A stretch of DNA of 63,936 bases, filler included, from Reclinomonas americana ATCC 50394 (lineage: Eukaryota), in NCBI GenBank assembly GCA_048213135.1. It is 10 parts of 3 records of this genome, joined end to end, with 100 filler letters (N's around TTAATTAATTAA, not from the genome) between each part and the next. Parts side by side here need not be neighbours in the genome. Positions count along the whole stretch, not along the records: positions 16,747 to 22,766 come from PS015484.1; positions 22,867 to 37,291 come from PS015484.1; 8 more parts are not named here. One strand, given 5' to 3'. The first letter of the stretch is position 1. Every line of letters starts with the position of its first letter. Below are positions 16,902 through 30,900 of the stretch, piece by piece. The position numbers and the translations under genes were made by a program. The notes under the pieces were generated by a model. That model was not told where the DNA came from, searched no databases, and saw nothing but the letters and a program-made list of their open reading frames with translations.

Positions 16902-18165
16902 CGTGAGCTTGAAACTGAGCGACTGCGAGTCAAAGAAAGAAAAGCAGGAAGAAAATAAGGAGGCTGTCTCTCACTGCAGAAAATAAAGACAGGAAAACAA
17001 GAATCATTGAGTCTATTCCTCAGAGAGAGAGGAAACGAGAACAAAAGGGGGAAGTGAGACGCGGTGCTATACCACAAGAATAAATTCCGCATTTGGAGGC
17101 GATGCCGCGCAGGCCACGCTGCAAGGTGGGGCGACCAACACCACCATCCTCTCACTATCCAAATCTCGCACACTCTAATCTCCCTTCCCTTCCTTTCCCC
17201 CTTCCCTTCCTTTCTACACCCTTCCTTCCCTTTTTCGCCTTCCCCATCTGCAACGCAACGATTCATATCCGTGTGAAACCACGCGCCATTGGTGCGCCAC
17301 AACGGCACATCCACACCTGGCTTGTCGGGCCCATCAATCGGCACATTGACCGTGGGACGCATCACACCAAAGCGATCCAGACTGGCCACCAGCGGCAGCG
17401 GATCGCGCCCGGTGGACTCAGCACGCGTGCCCGCATGCACACGCTGGAAGGCATCGTACAGACGCGGATGCTGACGGTTCTCCCACGAACGCGGGCCGTG
17501 CGCCGGCATGCCTGTGTGTCATCATGATAGTGAAAAAGAAGACTGCTGGAGGGAGGGAGCGGGAGGGGCAGAACGAACCGCCGAGAATGCCAAAGGACGA
17601 GCTCGGCCAGATGGTCTTCCACAGCTCGGGACGATGGCGCAGCTGTCCGGCGGCCTGCTCCTGCAACGAGTCGGGCAGCTGATACTCAATGTCTCGCCAC
17701 ACTGCAGCACGCGACAGAGGTGAGACTCCCCCAGGAGAGGATGGAGAAGAGCAGCATGAAGAACCTTCATCGACAGTGGCCTCGGCCTCTGCAGAACAAC
17801 AGGGAGTCGATGAGCATGCAATTCACGACACGCGAGTGAGCCATGCAATGCACTGACCTTCCTCCGTCAACACATTGCGAATGACGACGAGACCGTAACG
17901 CTGGAAAAAGTCGACCATGGCACGCTGCGTCTCGGGCGCCTCCCACTGCTCGCGGTCGGCAATGTCAAACGATTGCACGTAGCCTTTGTCGTGGAGGAGG
18001 CGACGATGAGATGCTATTTTCGGCCACAAGCACACATGTCATTGCCAATGTGTGTGTGCGTTTACCTTCCTCGTCAAGCGGCGCTCGCTTGAGATGCTGC
18101 TCGCACAGGGCGTCGAACTCGAGCTGCGCCAACATGGCGGCGTCAGAGGAGTTGGAACTTCCCAT
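15145..18165 (-). CDS. Phytanoyl-CoA dioxygenase (PhyH)-like Fe(II)/2-oxoglutarate dioxygenase, multi-exon
   Basis: Motifs include FFQRYGLVVIRNVL, the HxD motif WFHTDMNP, MQGLLCLTDSTDEDGGFQCVPGF, and the distal His in GSAILWNSMLPHCNFPN...RMVQY. The gene spans the linker at 16691. Confidence 0.8.
16428..16560 (+). mobile_element. Short dispersed repeat ending in (CT)n, copy B
   Basis: Matches the reverse complement of 2480-2580 and lies in a PhyH intron, antisense to the gene. Confidence 0.5.
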
Positions 18166-18294
18166 TCTCTCTCGTCGTCGCAAAGAAACCGAACGGCAGG
18201 ACAAGAACGCGACAACACGTTCTTGTCCACTCCCTCTCACAGCTGCATGCCAAGAATATCACTGTGCACTTCTCTCCTTTCCTTCATTAATCAT

Positions 18295-21200
18295 TCACAA
18301 CATCACGCCGGCCTCTCCTGCACGTCGTCGACACTCCTCCAACCACTCTATTGCAGTCCCCACGTCCTCGTCTCCACGCGCTTGCCGACCATCCACGCAC
18401 TCCACCAGCAGTGCCTCTGCCTCGATCCATCGCTGCAGCTTCGTAAGCAGGATGCCGTAGTTGCACATCGTGTACAATGTATCCTCGTGCCTGTCACCCA
18501 ACACCTGTCGTCTACCCTCCAAGCACTCACGGTACAAATCAGCAGCTTCGGCTAGTGCCTCTGCTGTGTTTTGTTGACAGAGAGAACGAGCACGATTGTT
18601 CGCTGAGGAGAGAGTGTCCGGATGTCTGTCTCCCAGTGCAGCTCGTGTCAAGCGTAAACAATCGCGCGTCATTTGAATCACTTCATCAAGACGACTGCCA
18701 CTTTTCCAAATACATGCGCCGAAGTTATTCATTGACACCAACGTGTCGGGATGCCCATCTCCAAGAACAAGTCTTCGCAACTCCCAGCACCGACGATGAA
18801 GTGTCTCAGCATCATTAAGTCGCCTTTCAAAAAACCGGACATTGCCCTGTGATTGCAGCGTCATTAGGGAATCCGGATGACCCTCACCCAGTATCGCACA
18901 CTGCCACTCATGACACTGCTGCAGAAGTAGCAAGTCGCGTGACCAAATAGCAAACCACATCAAGCAACGGAATGCGTCAATCTTATCTAGCACAGTCATC
19001 TCGCCACTGTCATCCGTCTCCCACTCCTCACACAATCGCCACGCCTGTTCACACGCTACATCGTGTTCATCCCACTCACGAAGCATATTAAACAACCATG
19101 CTTGACACTTTGCCACCACAACGGCAAACCGTCGTCGCACTGGACTAATGTCAACTACACCATCTCCACGTTGCCCACATTCTGTCACGCGTCGCACAAG
19201 CGAAGAAGCAACTGCCTCTTTGAATCCGACAGAAGGCAAACGTTCCACACAGCACAGCTCACCAATCCACTCCAATGCCCCACAATGCAGCAGTAGCCCA
19301 TTCACACCAACCACATCACTCGCCCACATGCGGTCATCCTCTCCCAACCGTCGCCACACCGTGTGCAACACACCGAGCACGTCACGCGACACCAACAGCA
19401 CACCGCCAATGTCAATCTGTGAATCAATGCCACTCAGCACACAGCACACCAGTCGCACAATCAGTCGCTGCATCCGTGACACTGCATCTCCACACCGTCC
19501 CACAATCCACCCGGCAATCTCATCGTGCACTCGATACTCCATCACCTCGTTGCTCTCTCTCACTTGCTCACCACATAGCACACGAACGACGCTATCCATG
19601 CTGCTACTAACACCGACCGTCACCAGATTCGACATACACAGACCCTCCAGCACATCCTCCACTCCGTCGTCACCACCACCACCCACCAACTCATTACGGC
19701 GCGCACGCACTCTTCGCTCCTCCTCCTCACTCATTTCGTCAAATTGCAGTCGCTCCCCCACCACCTCGGGTGCACACCGTCTTCTCTCCTTCGCCAGCTC
19801 ATGCAGCCACAGTCGACGCACACACTGACTCAACTCCACCAGCCGACTTGCTGCCTCCTCATCTTCATCCACAACAGCCTGCTCATCACCATCACCATCC
19901 ACAGCCATCGTCATATCGGGAATCACTCGCAACACACCCAGAGCCACTCGCGCAAGTGCCACTGTCACTGGCAAGCCGAGTTCCTTGCACGCCGAAATTA
20001 GAACCAACAGACGACGTGCTGCTGCTGTCTGCGACATCACATTGCGCTCCAGCAGCTGCGACAGTGCATCACCACCAATGCCACTCAGAACTTCCTCCAG
20101 TTGCGCTCCCACCAGCTGTGCTGGCAATTGTGACAGAAACCAGCTGTATGATCAAGAAGAGAAGAGAAGAAGAGAGTGAGTCTTCTCATCCACGCCACGT
20201 ACTCACTCACTCACCCACTCACCCAACACAAGCACTCACTCGCAGTGCACTCTTCTCCTGCTGTCCACTCTCCAGTGCCTCCACAATCCGTCGCCGCACT
20301 TCCTCCGACACGTTGTGGAGAAGTCGCTCCTCCACCAGCTGCATAATATCCTCACTCTCCACATTCTCCACTCGCACACACTCCACCTCCGCCTCGTGCA
20401 TCATCGAGTCACGAATCTCATCCGCCACTCGTCCATGTCGACTCGTCACCACCACAATCGGCGCCACCAGCCCACCTGCACACAGACACATGATGCACAT
20501 CAAGTCAGGACCCAACATCCAAGCAAGAATGAGCATTCTCACTCACGACACACGCACCCTCTCCAGCGCACTGAATAACATTCCGCACTTGCTCCGCCGA
20601 TCCCACATTGTCAAGCACCATCACTCCACTCGATGCATGCATCAGCTGTTGCAGCAGACGACGTGCTGGCTCCACCTCGCCACTCGCCAGCAGCGCATCC
20701 ATCTGGCTGGCCATTCTTCTTCCCTCGACTTCGTCCACTCGCATCTGTGCCGTCACAAAGGCACGAAGACACTCGCCAAGGGCACTCTCCGCCTGCAGCA
20801 AGTGGCATGGAGAGAGCGAGAGAGTCAGAATGGCAGTAGAGGGGGACGACGAAGCACGAAAGACGACATGCATGTCCCTCAGCACACCTTCACATGCTCC
20901 CTCGCATCACCCACATGACCACGCATCTCCACCGACACGGCCGATCCTTTCCACCGACGCGTCGCCTGCAACTCGGTCACCAGTAGCTCGACCAGGAACG
21001 ACTTACCAGTGCCACCCTCGCCCGTTAGCACCACCATGATTGGATGGTGTGCTGCGCAAGAATCATTCATCACAGACAACATGATGAGACACACGAACGT
21101 AGAGAAGGTTGATGGAGAAGGCGAATGAACACCCAACCTTCAACAGCATCCACAATACGCGTGGCGAGTGAAGCTGCCAGTGTACGCCGACTCGGGAAGC

Positions 21201-22661
21201 GGAACGCGATCACTGGATTGATGGTGCGGGCGATGAGAGGTGCATTGGGTGGGTGACTGCTGTCTGGTGCTGTGTGCCACAGAGAGAACAAGGGTGAGAA
21301 CAGAAATGCATGTTGAATGCATTCATGGAACACACCTGCAGCTGAGGGAGAAGAGGGCGAGATGGTCATTGTGTCAAGCCGTTGGTGCACACTCTCCACC
21401 TCCGCACGCATTGTCGCCTGCATCTCCATTCGCATCTGACCAACTAGCAAGTGAGAAACAATATCTGCAAGCGACCGCATCTGCATGCAGATCCACACAA
21501 CTTGCTCCACACTGGCTGCTATCGATGTCTGGTCTGCTTGACTCAGTGCGCCTGCATTCACACAATCAAGACAGCATCAGCTTCCACAATCCATCAAATC
21601 ATCAGCCATCTCTCTCCTCCCACTCACCATCACGAGCCTCGTTGAGCTGCACGACCAGTTCCTCCTCCACATCCCTGCCAATCTGCAACTGCCGCACAAG
21701 CTGGTGCAACTCGCCTTCACCGAGCAGAGGCACAAAGAGTGCACGAGCTCGGGAAGGAGCCGCTAGCTCAAACACCTCCCTCATTCGCTCAATTGCATTG
21801 CGCTGTGACGATGAGAGAGTGAGAGGTAAAATCACACAAAGAGAGAGATCACACTCCTCCTCCTTCCCATCTTTTCACTCATTCTCACACACTCACCACA
21901 TCGCCAGCTGGAATCAGATGATACGGCTCGTCCACCTGGTGCTCTCGATGACCCGCCAGCAGCAAGATTGAGCAGCACAGCATCGCATCAAACGAACTGC
22001 AGTCGTGCAGCTGGCCTCGTTGATGCCACTCGCGCACCGTCTGCCGCTCCTCCTCGTTCAGCTGAACACACATGCCCACTCCGTCTGGCATGGTGCTGCA
22101 TGTGGAGAAGGGAACAATGAAAAGAGAACGCTGGTGAGTGAGGAATGTATGTGACAAGAAAGAAGGTCATTCATCAGGGGTGGAATGTGGAGTGTTGGTG
22201 AGACAGTGAAGAGTGTGAGAATGGGGAGAAAAAGATGACCAGTGCGTCACCATCTGCCACTTGCTTGTTCTCTTCCTCTCTCATTCACATCTCCCATCTG
22301 CATCTTGCCATCGTGAGCTTCCCCTTTCCCTACATACACTCACCGCACATCACGCTCACTCGGCGCCTTGCACCACTCGGCAACATGATTCACACCGGGA
22401 TACGTATCGAGAAACGCCAGCAGCACTTGCTCGAGTTTGAATTGCAGAGCGCGGGTGCATGGACGAGAAAGGGCTTTGACAAGGCGAATCATGCATTCCT
22501 CATCACCAGCATCACGAGGATGACTGCACGAGAGAGGAGGAGAGGAGAGTGACAGGGAAACGAATCACACACAACGTGAGAATGATGATGATGACGTAAC
22601 AACAACAACACAATGAGAGAGAGACACGCAACTCACGCGGCACTCCACTCCCACTCGCCAT
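18295..22661 (-). CDS. NLR-like protein copy 1: uncharacterised N-terminal domain + NB-ARC-type STAND NTPase + TPR repeats
   Basis: Walker A VVLTGEGGTGKS, Walker B VMVLDNV, sensor-1 IVVVTSR, GLPL-like ELGLPV and MHD-like YRVHDEI are present. TPRs are ~42 aa with LGxxHPDTL. Several short 5' exons precede a ~1.8 kb last exon. Confidence 0.8.
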
Positions 22662-22725
22662 GATGATGCGTCACAACAACAAGAAGAACAAGCAGCACAC
22701 TGACAAGATGCACAGGGGAAAGACA

Positions 22726-22766
<41 letters not shown>

Positions 22767-23193
22767 NNNNNNNNNNNNNNNNNNNNNNNNNNNNNNNNNN
22801 NNNNNNNNNNTTAATTAATTAANNNNNNNNNNNNNNNNNNNNNNNNNNNNNNNNNNNNNNNNNNNNAAATTCAACAGCTCACGCTCCTTCTCTCTATTCT
22901 CTGTTGCACACGCACGCAGTGGGCAATGACACTGACACAGAACAGAACAGGGAACACACGAGCTCACTTCTGCTCAACAGCAGCAGCAACAACAAACCAC
23001 ACGTCACATGATTCGTAGGACAGGACTTCGTGGTGTGTGCATGCTGGCTCACAAGACGAACAGTACAAAGGCTTGTGCTTACAGGTACATTGTGTCCTGG
23101 TGCAAGTGCCAGTGGCAGCATCGGGAACAAGATGAAACGTCGAAAGGTATAGTCAAAGAAGAGGGAGACACGAGAGAGTGGTTCACTGCTCAG

Positions 23194-26100
23194 TCACAAT
23201 AGCACGCCAGCCTCTCTTGCAAGTCGTCGACACTCCTCCAAACACTCGATGACATATGCTGTAACTGGATGCCTTGCTCCAAGCACCGCTCGCCGATCAT
23301 CCACAAACTCCACCAGCAGTGCCTCTGCCTCGGCCCATCGTTGCTGGTTCATGAGCAGGTCACTGAAGTCGTACATCGTCTCCAATGTGTATTCATGTCT
23401 GTCACCCAGCACCTCACGCCGACCCTCCAAACACTGACGGTACAAGTCAGCAGCGTCTGCCAGTATCTCTGGCGTGTTTTGCTGCTTGAGATCAGCAGCA
23501 AGATTATACATCGAGGAGAGAGTGTGTGGATGCCAATCTCCCAGCGATGCTCGCCTAAACTGCAAACACTCTCTTTCAAGCCGAATAGCCTCCTCCAGGC
23601 GACTCTCATCATTGATGCATCCAGCGACGTTGTTCATGCAGGACAACGTGTCAGGATGCTCAGCTCCAAGAACCAGTCGCCGCATCTCCCAGCACCGTCG
23701 GAAGAGTGTCTCAGCCTCAGCATGTCGCTCCCAATTATAATGGTACAACGCCTGATAGTGCTGAGTCATCAGCGAGCCCGGATTACTCTCTCCAAGTGTC
23801 TCACACTGCCACTCATGACACTGCACCAGCAGTGGCAGATCGCCTGAATAGAAGGCGAACCACATCAAGCAGCGAAAAGCGTCAATCCTTAACAGCACAG
23901 TCATCTCGCCACTGTCATCCCTCTCCCACTCGTTGAACAAGCGCCACGCATGTTCCCACGCTGCTTCGCATTCATCCCACCGACGAAGCATATTAAACAG
24001 CCATGCTTGACACTTGGCCATCACGATGTCCAATAGTCGTCTCATTGGACTCATCTCAACATCGCCGTCTTCATGTTCTCCACAATGCGTCACGCGCCCC
24101 ACAAGAGACAAGGCCATAGCTGCGTCGAATCCCACCGAAGGCAGCCTTTCTCTGCCACACTGCTCACTGATCCACTCCACTGCCCCACACTGCACCATAA
24201 GCCCATTCACACCCACAGCATCACTCGCCCACATGCCATCATCCTCACCCAACCGCCGCCACACCGTGTGCAGCACACGGAGCAAGTCACGCGACACCAA
24301 CAGCACACCGTCACTGTCCATCTGTGAATCAATGCCATCCAGCACACAGCACACCAGTCGCATAATCAATCGCTGCGCCCGTGACCCGGCATCTCCACAT
24401 CGTCTCACAATCCACCCAGCAATCTCGTCGTGCACTCGATACTCCATCGCCTCATTGCTCTCTCTCACTTGCTCACCACACAACACACGCGCCACACTGT
24501 CCATGCTGCCACTGACACCCACCGTCACCAGATTCGACATGCACAGACCCTCCAGCACATCTTCCACTCCGTCACCAACACCACCACCACCCACCAACTC
24601 ATCACGCTGTGCACGCACCCGAAGCTCCTCCTCCTCACTCATCTCGTCAAACTGCAGTCGCTCACCCACTACCTCGGGTGCACGCCTCCGTCTCTCCTGT
24701 GCCAGCCCATGCAATCGCAGTCGACGCACACACTGACTCAACTCCACCAATCGACTTGCCGCCTCCTCATCTTCATCCGCCCTCCCACACGTGGTCATAT
24801 CGGGAATCACTCGCAACACACCCAGAGCCACTCGTGCAAGTGCAACAGTCACTGGCAATCCGAGTTCCTTGCATGCCGTGATCAGCACCAACAGACGACG
24901 TGCAGCTGCTGTCTGTGACATCACATTGCGCTCCAGCAATTGCGACAGTGCGTCGCCACCAACGCCACTCAGAACTTCCTCCAGTTGCGCTCCCACCAGC
25001 TGTGCTGGCAATTGTGACAGTAACCAGCTGTATGATCAAGAAGAGAGGGAAGAGTGAGTCTTCTCATCCACAAGCCGCTCACTTACAATCATATCACTCA
25101 CCCAACACAAGCACTCACTCGCAGTGCACTCTTCTCCTGCTGCCCACCCTCCAGTGCCTCCACAATCCGTCGTCGCACATCCCCCGACACGCTGTGGAGC
25201 AGTCGCTCCTCCACCAGCTGCACAATATCCTCGTTCTCCACATTCTCCACTCGCACACACTCCACCTCCGCCTCGTGCATCATCGAGTCACGAATCTCAT
25301 CTGCCACCTGCCCATACCGACTCGTCACCACCACAATCGGTGCCACCATTCCACCTGCACACAGACGCACACGCATGATGCACATCAAGTCAGGATCCAA
25401 CATACGAGCAAGAATGAGAATTCTGTCTCCCGACACGAACCCTCATCAGCACACTGAACAACACTCCTCACTTGCTCCGCCGATCCCACATTGTCCAGCA
25501 CCATCACTCCACTCGCTGCATGCATCAGCTGTCGCAGCAGTCGACGCGCTGGCTCCACCTCGCCACTCGCCAGCAGCGCATCCACCTGACCGGCCATCCT
25601 TCGTCCCTCCACTTCGTCCAGTCGCATCTGCGCCGTAACAAACGAACGCAGACACTCGCCCAGAGCGTTCTCCGCCTGCAGCATGGGGCACAGAGAGAGA
25701 GAGAGCGAGTCAGAATGACAGCAGAAGTACATTGCAATTGCAACATGAAATGACAACATGCATGTTCCCTCAGCACACACCTTCACATGCTCCCTCGCAT
25801 CACCCACATGGCCGCGCATCTCCACCGACACGGCTGATCCCTTCCATCGACGAGTCGCCAACAACTCAGTCACCAGTAGCTCGGCCAGGAATGACTTGCC
25901 AGTGCCACCATCACCAGTCAGCACCACCACGATTGGATGATGTGCTGCGCAAGAATCATCCACCACCGCAAACAAGATGAGACACGCGAATGTAGAGAAG
26001 GGAGAGGGAGAATGAGAAGGAACGCCCAACCTTCAACAGCATCCACAATGCGCGTGGCGAGTGAAGCTGCCAGTGTACGCCGACTGGGGAAGCGGAATGC

Positions 26101-27553
26101 AGTCACTGGATTCACGGTGCGGGCGATGAGTGGTGTCTTGGGTGGGCGACTGCTGTCTGGTGCTGTGTGGCACAGAGAGGAGTGAGCAGAGCAATGCACA
26201 TTGAATGCAGATCTATCATGGAACACACCTGCAGCAGAAGGAGAAGAGGGGGAGATGCTCATCTGGTCGTCTCCTTCGTGCATTTCCATTCGCATCTGAT
26301 CAATAATACGCAAGTGAGAAACGATGAGTCATCTGCAAGCGACCGCCGCTTCACGCGAATCCACTCAACTTGCTCCATGTGCGCCGCCATCGATGCCAGG
26401 TCCGCTTGACTCAGTGCACCTGAATTCACACACAATCAAGACAACATCAGCTTCCACGCTCAATCAAATCATCCACACACAAGCACCAGCATATCACTCA
26501 CCATCACGGGCCTCGTTCAGGTGCACCACCAGCTCCTCTTCCACATCCCTGCCAATCTGCAGCCGCCGCACAAGCTGGTGCAACTCGCCCTCTCCTCCTC
26601 CTCCATCACCGAGCAGAGGCACAAAGAGTGCACGAGCTCGTGCGGGACTCGCCTGCTCAAACACCTCCCTCATTCGCTCAATCGCATTGCGCTGTGACAA
26701 TGATAGAATGAGAGGCACAATCACACAGAGTGGGATATCACACTCCTCCTCCTTTCCATCTCCTCTCATTCCACACACTCACCACATCGCCCGCGGGAAT
26801 CAGACGATCTGGCTCGTCACCCGGATGCTCTCGATGACCCGCCCGCAACAAGATCGAGCAGCACAGCATCGCATCAAACGAACTGCAGTCGTGCAGCTGG
26901 CCTCGTTGATACCACTCGCGCACCAGCTGGCGCTCCTTCTCGTTCAACTGGACACACATGTCTACTCCGTCTGGCATGGTGCTGCATGGTGGGAAAGGCA
27001 CAAAGGAAAGAGAGGACGTGGTGAGTGAGGGAGATGTGCGACAAGAAAAAGGGGATTCATTAGGGATAGAATGCGGAGTCGTGTGAGGCGAGACAATGAA
27101 GAGTGAGAGAATGTGGAGAAAGAGATGACCAGTGCGTCACCATCTGCCACTTGCTTGTGACAATCTATTCTCTTCTCTCTTCCACTCTCGTTCACATCTC
27201 CAATCTGCATCTTGTCATCGTGTGCTTCCACATCCACCCCACATACACTCACCGCACATCACGCTCACTCGGCGCCTTGCACCACTCGGCAACATGATTC
27301 ACACCGGGATACGTATCGAGAAACGCCGGCAGCACTTGCTCAAGTTTCGATTGCAGAGCGCGAGTGCATGGACGAGACAGGGCATTCGCGAGGCACATTA
27401 TGCATTCCTCGTCACTAGCATCGTGATGATGACTGCACGAGGGAGAGAGGAGGAGAGGGAGCGAATCACACACAATGTGAGAATGATGATGATGCATCTG
27501 ACAACACAATGAGAGACACGCAACTCACGCGGCACTCCACTCCCACTTGCCAT
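23194..27553 (-). CDS. NLR-like protein copy 2 (NB-ARC-TPR)
   Basis: Same exon layout and motifs as copy 1 (TGDGGTGKS, VMVLDNV, VVVTSR, GLPV, VHD, LGAEHPDTL). Confidence 0.8.
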
Positions 27554-27986
27554 GATGATGCGTCACAACAACAAGAAGAACAACAGCACACTGGGAGACG
27601 CACAGAAGAATAACACACACACACACTCTCTCTCTCTCTCTCTCTCTGGCACAATAAGAAGCGGAGAAATGCACAAACTCACTCTCTCCTTCTCTCTCGC
27701 ACGCACGCACACACAGCAAGGGATAATACTGACACAGAGCAGAGCAGAACACACAAGCTCAGTTCTGCTCAAAGCAACAGCAAAACGCTCAGGCTTTCAC
27801 CGACACGCAATCAATCGTGGGACATGACTTCGTCGTGAGCTGGCTCATAAGACTCAGCGTGTCGCCGGCGAGAGACCTGTGCTACATGTGCACTATGTCG
27901 CCAGTGGAATATCGGCGAACACGATGAAACGTCGAGAGACGTCGTCGAGAAGTTCTTGGAGAAGTAGTGAGCAGGGTTTTTATCGT

Positions 27987-30900
27987 TCACAACATCACAC
28001 CGGCCTCTCTTGCACATCGCCGGCACTCCGCCAGTTTCTTGATTGCTAACACAGTCCTCGAATGCTCTTCACCAAGCACCGCTCGCCGACCATCCACGCA
28101 CTCCACCAGCAGTGCCTCTGCCTCGGCCCATCGTTGCAGCTTGACAAGCAGGTCACCGAAGTTGTACATTGTCGCCAATGTGCTTTCGTGCCTATCGCCC
28201 AGCACCTCACGCCGACCCTCCAAACACTGACGGTACAAATCAACAGCTTCTGCCAGTGATTCTGACGTATTTTGTTGCTCAAGAGAATAAGCAAGATTAT
28301 TCATCGACATGAGAGTGTTCGGATGCCGATCTCCCAGCGATGCTCGCCTCAACTGCAAACATTCTCGTTCAAGTTGAACTCTCTCCACCAGGCGACTGTC
28401 ATCTCGGATACACATGGCAACATTGCCCATGGACATCAACGTGTCCGGGTGCTCAGCTCCAAGAACCAGTCGCCGCATCTCCCAGCACTGTCGATACAGT
28501 GTCTCTGCCTCAGCATACTGCTGTTGGGCATGATGCTCCATCGCCTGCCATTGCAGAGTCGATGACGAGTCTGGATGGCACTCACCCAACGCCGCACACA
28601 GCCGCTCATGGCACTGCACCAGCAGTGGCAAGTTCTCTGAACAGAGAGCAAACCACATCAAGCATCGCAGTGCGTCCATCGTATCCAACACAGTCATTTC
28701 GCCACTGTCATCCGTCTCCCACTCTTCACACAATCGCCACGCCTGTTGCCACGCAGCTTCACGTTCGTCCCACTGACGATGTAACTCAAACAATAGCGCT
28801 TGAGACTTGGCCACCACCATGGCAAACCGTCGTCGCACAGGACTCAATTCAACATCACCATTTTCATCTCCGCGGTGATCACACTCTGTCACACGTCGCA
28901 CAAGCGACGACGCCACTGCCGCGCCAAATCCGACGGAGGGGAATCTTTGATAAGCACACTGCTCTCGAATCCACTCCACCGCCCCACACTGCACCATCAA
29001 CCCGTTCACACCAACAGCATCACTCGCCCACATGTCATCATCCTCGCCCAACCGCCGCCACACCGTATGCAGAACACTGAGCAAGTCACGTGATACCAAC
29101 AACACACCATCGTTGTCGATCTGTGAATCGATGCCACTCAGCACACAGCACACCAGTCGCATAATCAGTCGCTGCGCCCGTGACACGGTATCCCCACACC
29201 GTCCAACAATCCACCCAGCAATCTCATCGTGCACTCGATATTCCATCGCCTCGTTGCTCTCTCTCACTTGCTCGCCTGACAGCACACGCGCGACACTGTC
29301 CATGCTGCTACTAACACCAACCGTCACCAAATTTGACAAGCACAGACCCTCCAGCACATCTTCCACCTCGTCGTCACCTCTACCACCACCCACCAACTCA
29401 TCGCGCCGTGCACGCACTCGCTGCTCCTCCTCCTCACTCATCTCGTCAAACTGTAGTCGCTCACCCACCACCTCGGGTGCACGTCGTCGCCTCTCCTGCG
29501 CCAGCTCATGCAGTCGCAGTCGACGTACACACTGACTCAACTCCACCAGTCGACATGCCGCCTCTTCATCTTCATCACCACCATCCACAGCCACCGTCAT
29601 ATCGGGAATCACTCGCAACACACCCATCGCCACTCGTGCGAGTGCCACTGTCACTGGCAAGCCGAGTTCCTTGCACGCCGTGATCAGCACCAATAGACGA
29701 CGAGCGGCTGCTGTCTGTGACATCACGTTGCGCTTCAGCAGGTGCGACAGTGCATCAACGCCAATGCCACTCAGCACTTCCTCCAGTTGCGCTCTCACCA
29801 GCTGTGCTGGCGATTGTGACAGAAACCAGCTGCATGACGAAGAAAAACAAGACAGAAGAGTGAGTCTTCTCATCCACAAGACTAACTCTCTCACATTAAC
29901 TCACCCAACACAAGCACTCACTCGCAGTGCACTCTTCTCCTGCTGTCCACTTTCCAGTGCCTCCACAATCCGTCGTCGCACATCCCCCGACGCCTTGTGG
30001 AGCAGTCGCTCCTCCACCAGCTGCACAATATCCTCGTTCTCCACACTCTCCACCCGCAAACACTTCACCTCCGCCTCGTGCATCATCGAGTCGCGAATCT
30101 CATCCGCCACCCGCCCATATCGACTCGTCACCACAACAATCTGGGCCACTAGTCCGCCTGCGCATAGACGCGCATGATGCACATCAAGTCAGGATCCAAC
30201 ATCAAAGCAAGAATGAGCATTCTCACTCACGACACACACGCACCCTCATCGGCACACTGAACAACACTCCTCACTTGCTCCGCTGATCCCACATTGTCCA
30301 ACACCATCACTCCACTCGATGCGTGCATCAACTGTCGCAGCAGACGACGTGCTGGCCCCACTTCGCCACTCGCCAGCAGCGCATCCACTTGACCGGCCAT
30401 CATGCGTCCCTCCACTTCATTCACACGCATCTGCGCCGTCACAAAGGCACGCAGACACTCGCCCAGAGCACTCTCCGCCTGCAGCACGTGGCAGGGAGAG
30501 GGAGAGAGTCAGAATGCCAACGGAATGATGAAGCATCATGAAAAGACGACATGAATGATCCCTCAGCACACCTTCACATGTTCCCTCACATCACCCACAT
30601 GACCGCGCATCTCCACCGACACGGCAGATCCCTTCCAACGACGAGTCGCCAGCAACTCGGTCACCAGCAGCTCGGCCAGGAAAGACTTGCCAGTGCCACC
30701 ATCACCCGTCAGCACCACCATGATTGGATGATGTGCTGCGCAAGTAACATCCACCACAGACAACAAGATGAGACACATGAATGTGGAGAAGGAAGGAAGA
30801 GAGAAAGAAATGAACATCGAACCTTCCACAGCATCCACAATGCGTGTGGCGAGTGAGGCTGCCAGTGCACGCCGACTCGGGAAGCGGAATGTGGTCACTG

